From: Tubiluchus corallicola | Taxonomy: Eukaryota; Animalia; Priapulida | Length of the DNA: 64,000 bases | Assembly: GCA_030141605.1 (NCBI GenBank) | Contig: JAQGDQ010000051.1 | Coordinates: forward strand, 558,001 to 622,000 | Reading direction: 5' to 3' | Part shown: positions 63,901-64,000 of the stretch, in pieces | How the letters are laid out: every line of letters starts with the position of its first letter | Numbering within the stretch: the stretch's first letter is position 1 | Notes under the pieces: generated by a model | The model's input: only the letters and a program-made list of their open reading frames with translations | What the model was told of the DNA's origin: nothing | Database searches by the model: none | Program-made: the position numbers and the translations under genes

Positions 63901-64000
63901 AAGAAATATAATTTGCTTATTTGCATTACAAAAATTTTTTGTCGGCTTGATGTTTATGTAGTGAGTTTGGTAGCCTGGCACCTACCGCTGCCTTTACAGT

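Overview
AT-rich, repeat-dense eukaryotic (invertebrate animal) genomic DNA. The main content is one spliced + strand gene for an ETS transcription factor of the E74/ELF subfamily. I assembled 8 coding exons by hand (29674-29745, 37134-37512, 48352-48621, 50909-51001, 52787-52927, 59547-59753, 60288-60480, 60914-61016). All introns are GT-AG, phases are compatible, and the product is about 485 aa with a C-terminal ETS domain. The window opens with the probable last coding exon of an unidentified upstream gene (29-96). The rest is intergenic or intronic DNA full of mobile-element debris: CR1/L2, RTE and Penelope retroelement fragments, a Gypsy integrase fragment, a tRNA-Ile-primed non-autonomous LTR element with solo LTRs, a 1.4 kb solo LTR, a hAT deletion derivative with a perfect 8-bp TSD, MITEs and foldbacks, Helentron-like repeats, a tRNA-derived SINE and microsatellites. 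The most interesting signals are (1) several ecdysone/nuclear-receptor-type response elements (IR1, IR0, DR1) around the E74 orthologue, (2) a degenerate Penelope-type hammerhead ribozyme and four Pumilio elements in the putative 3' UTR, and (3) nested transposon structures. Most six-frame ORFs supplied are spurious. Family assignments rest on recalled motifs, not database searches.
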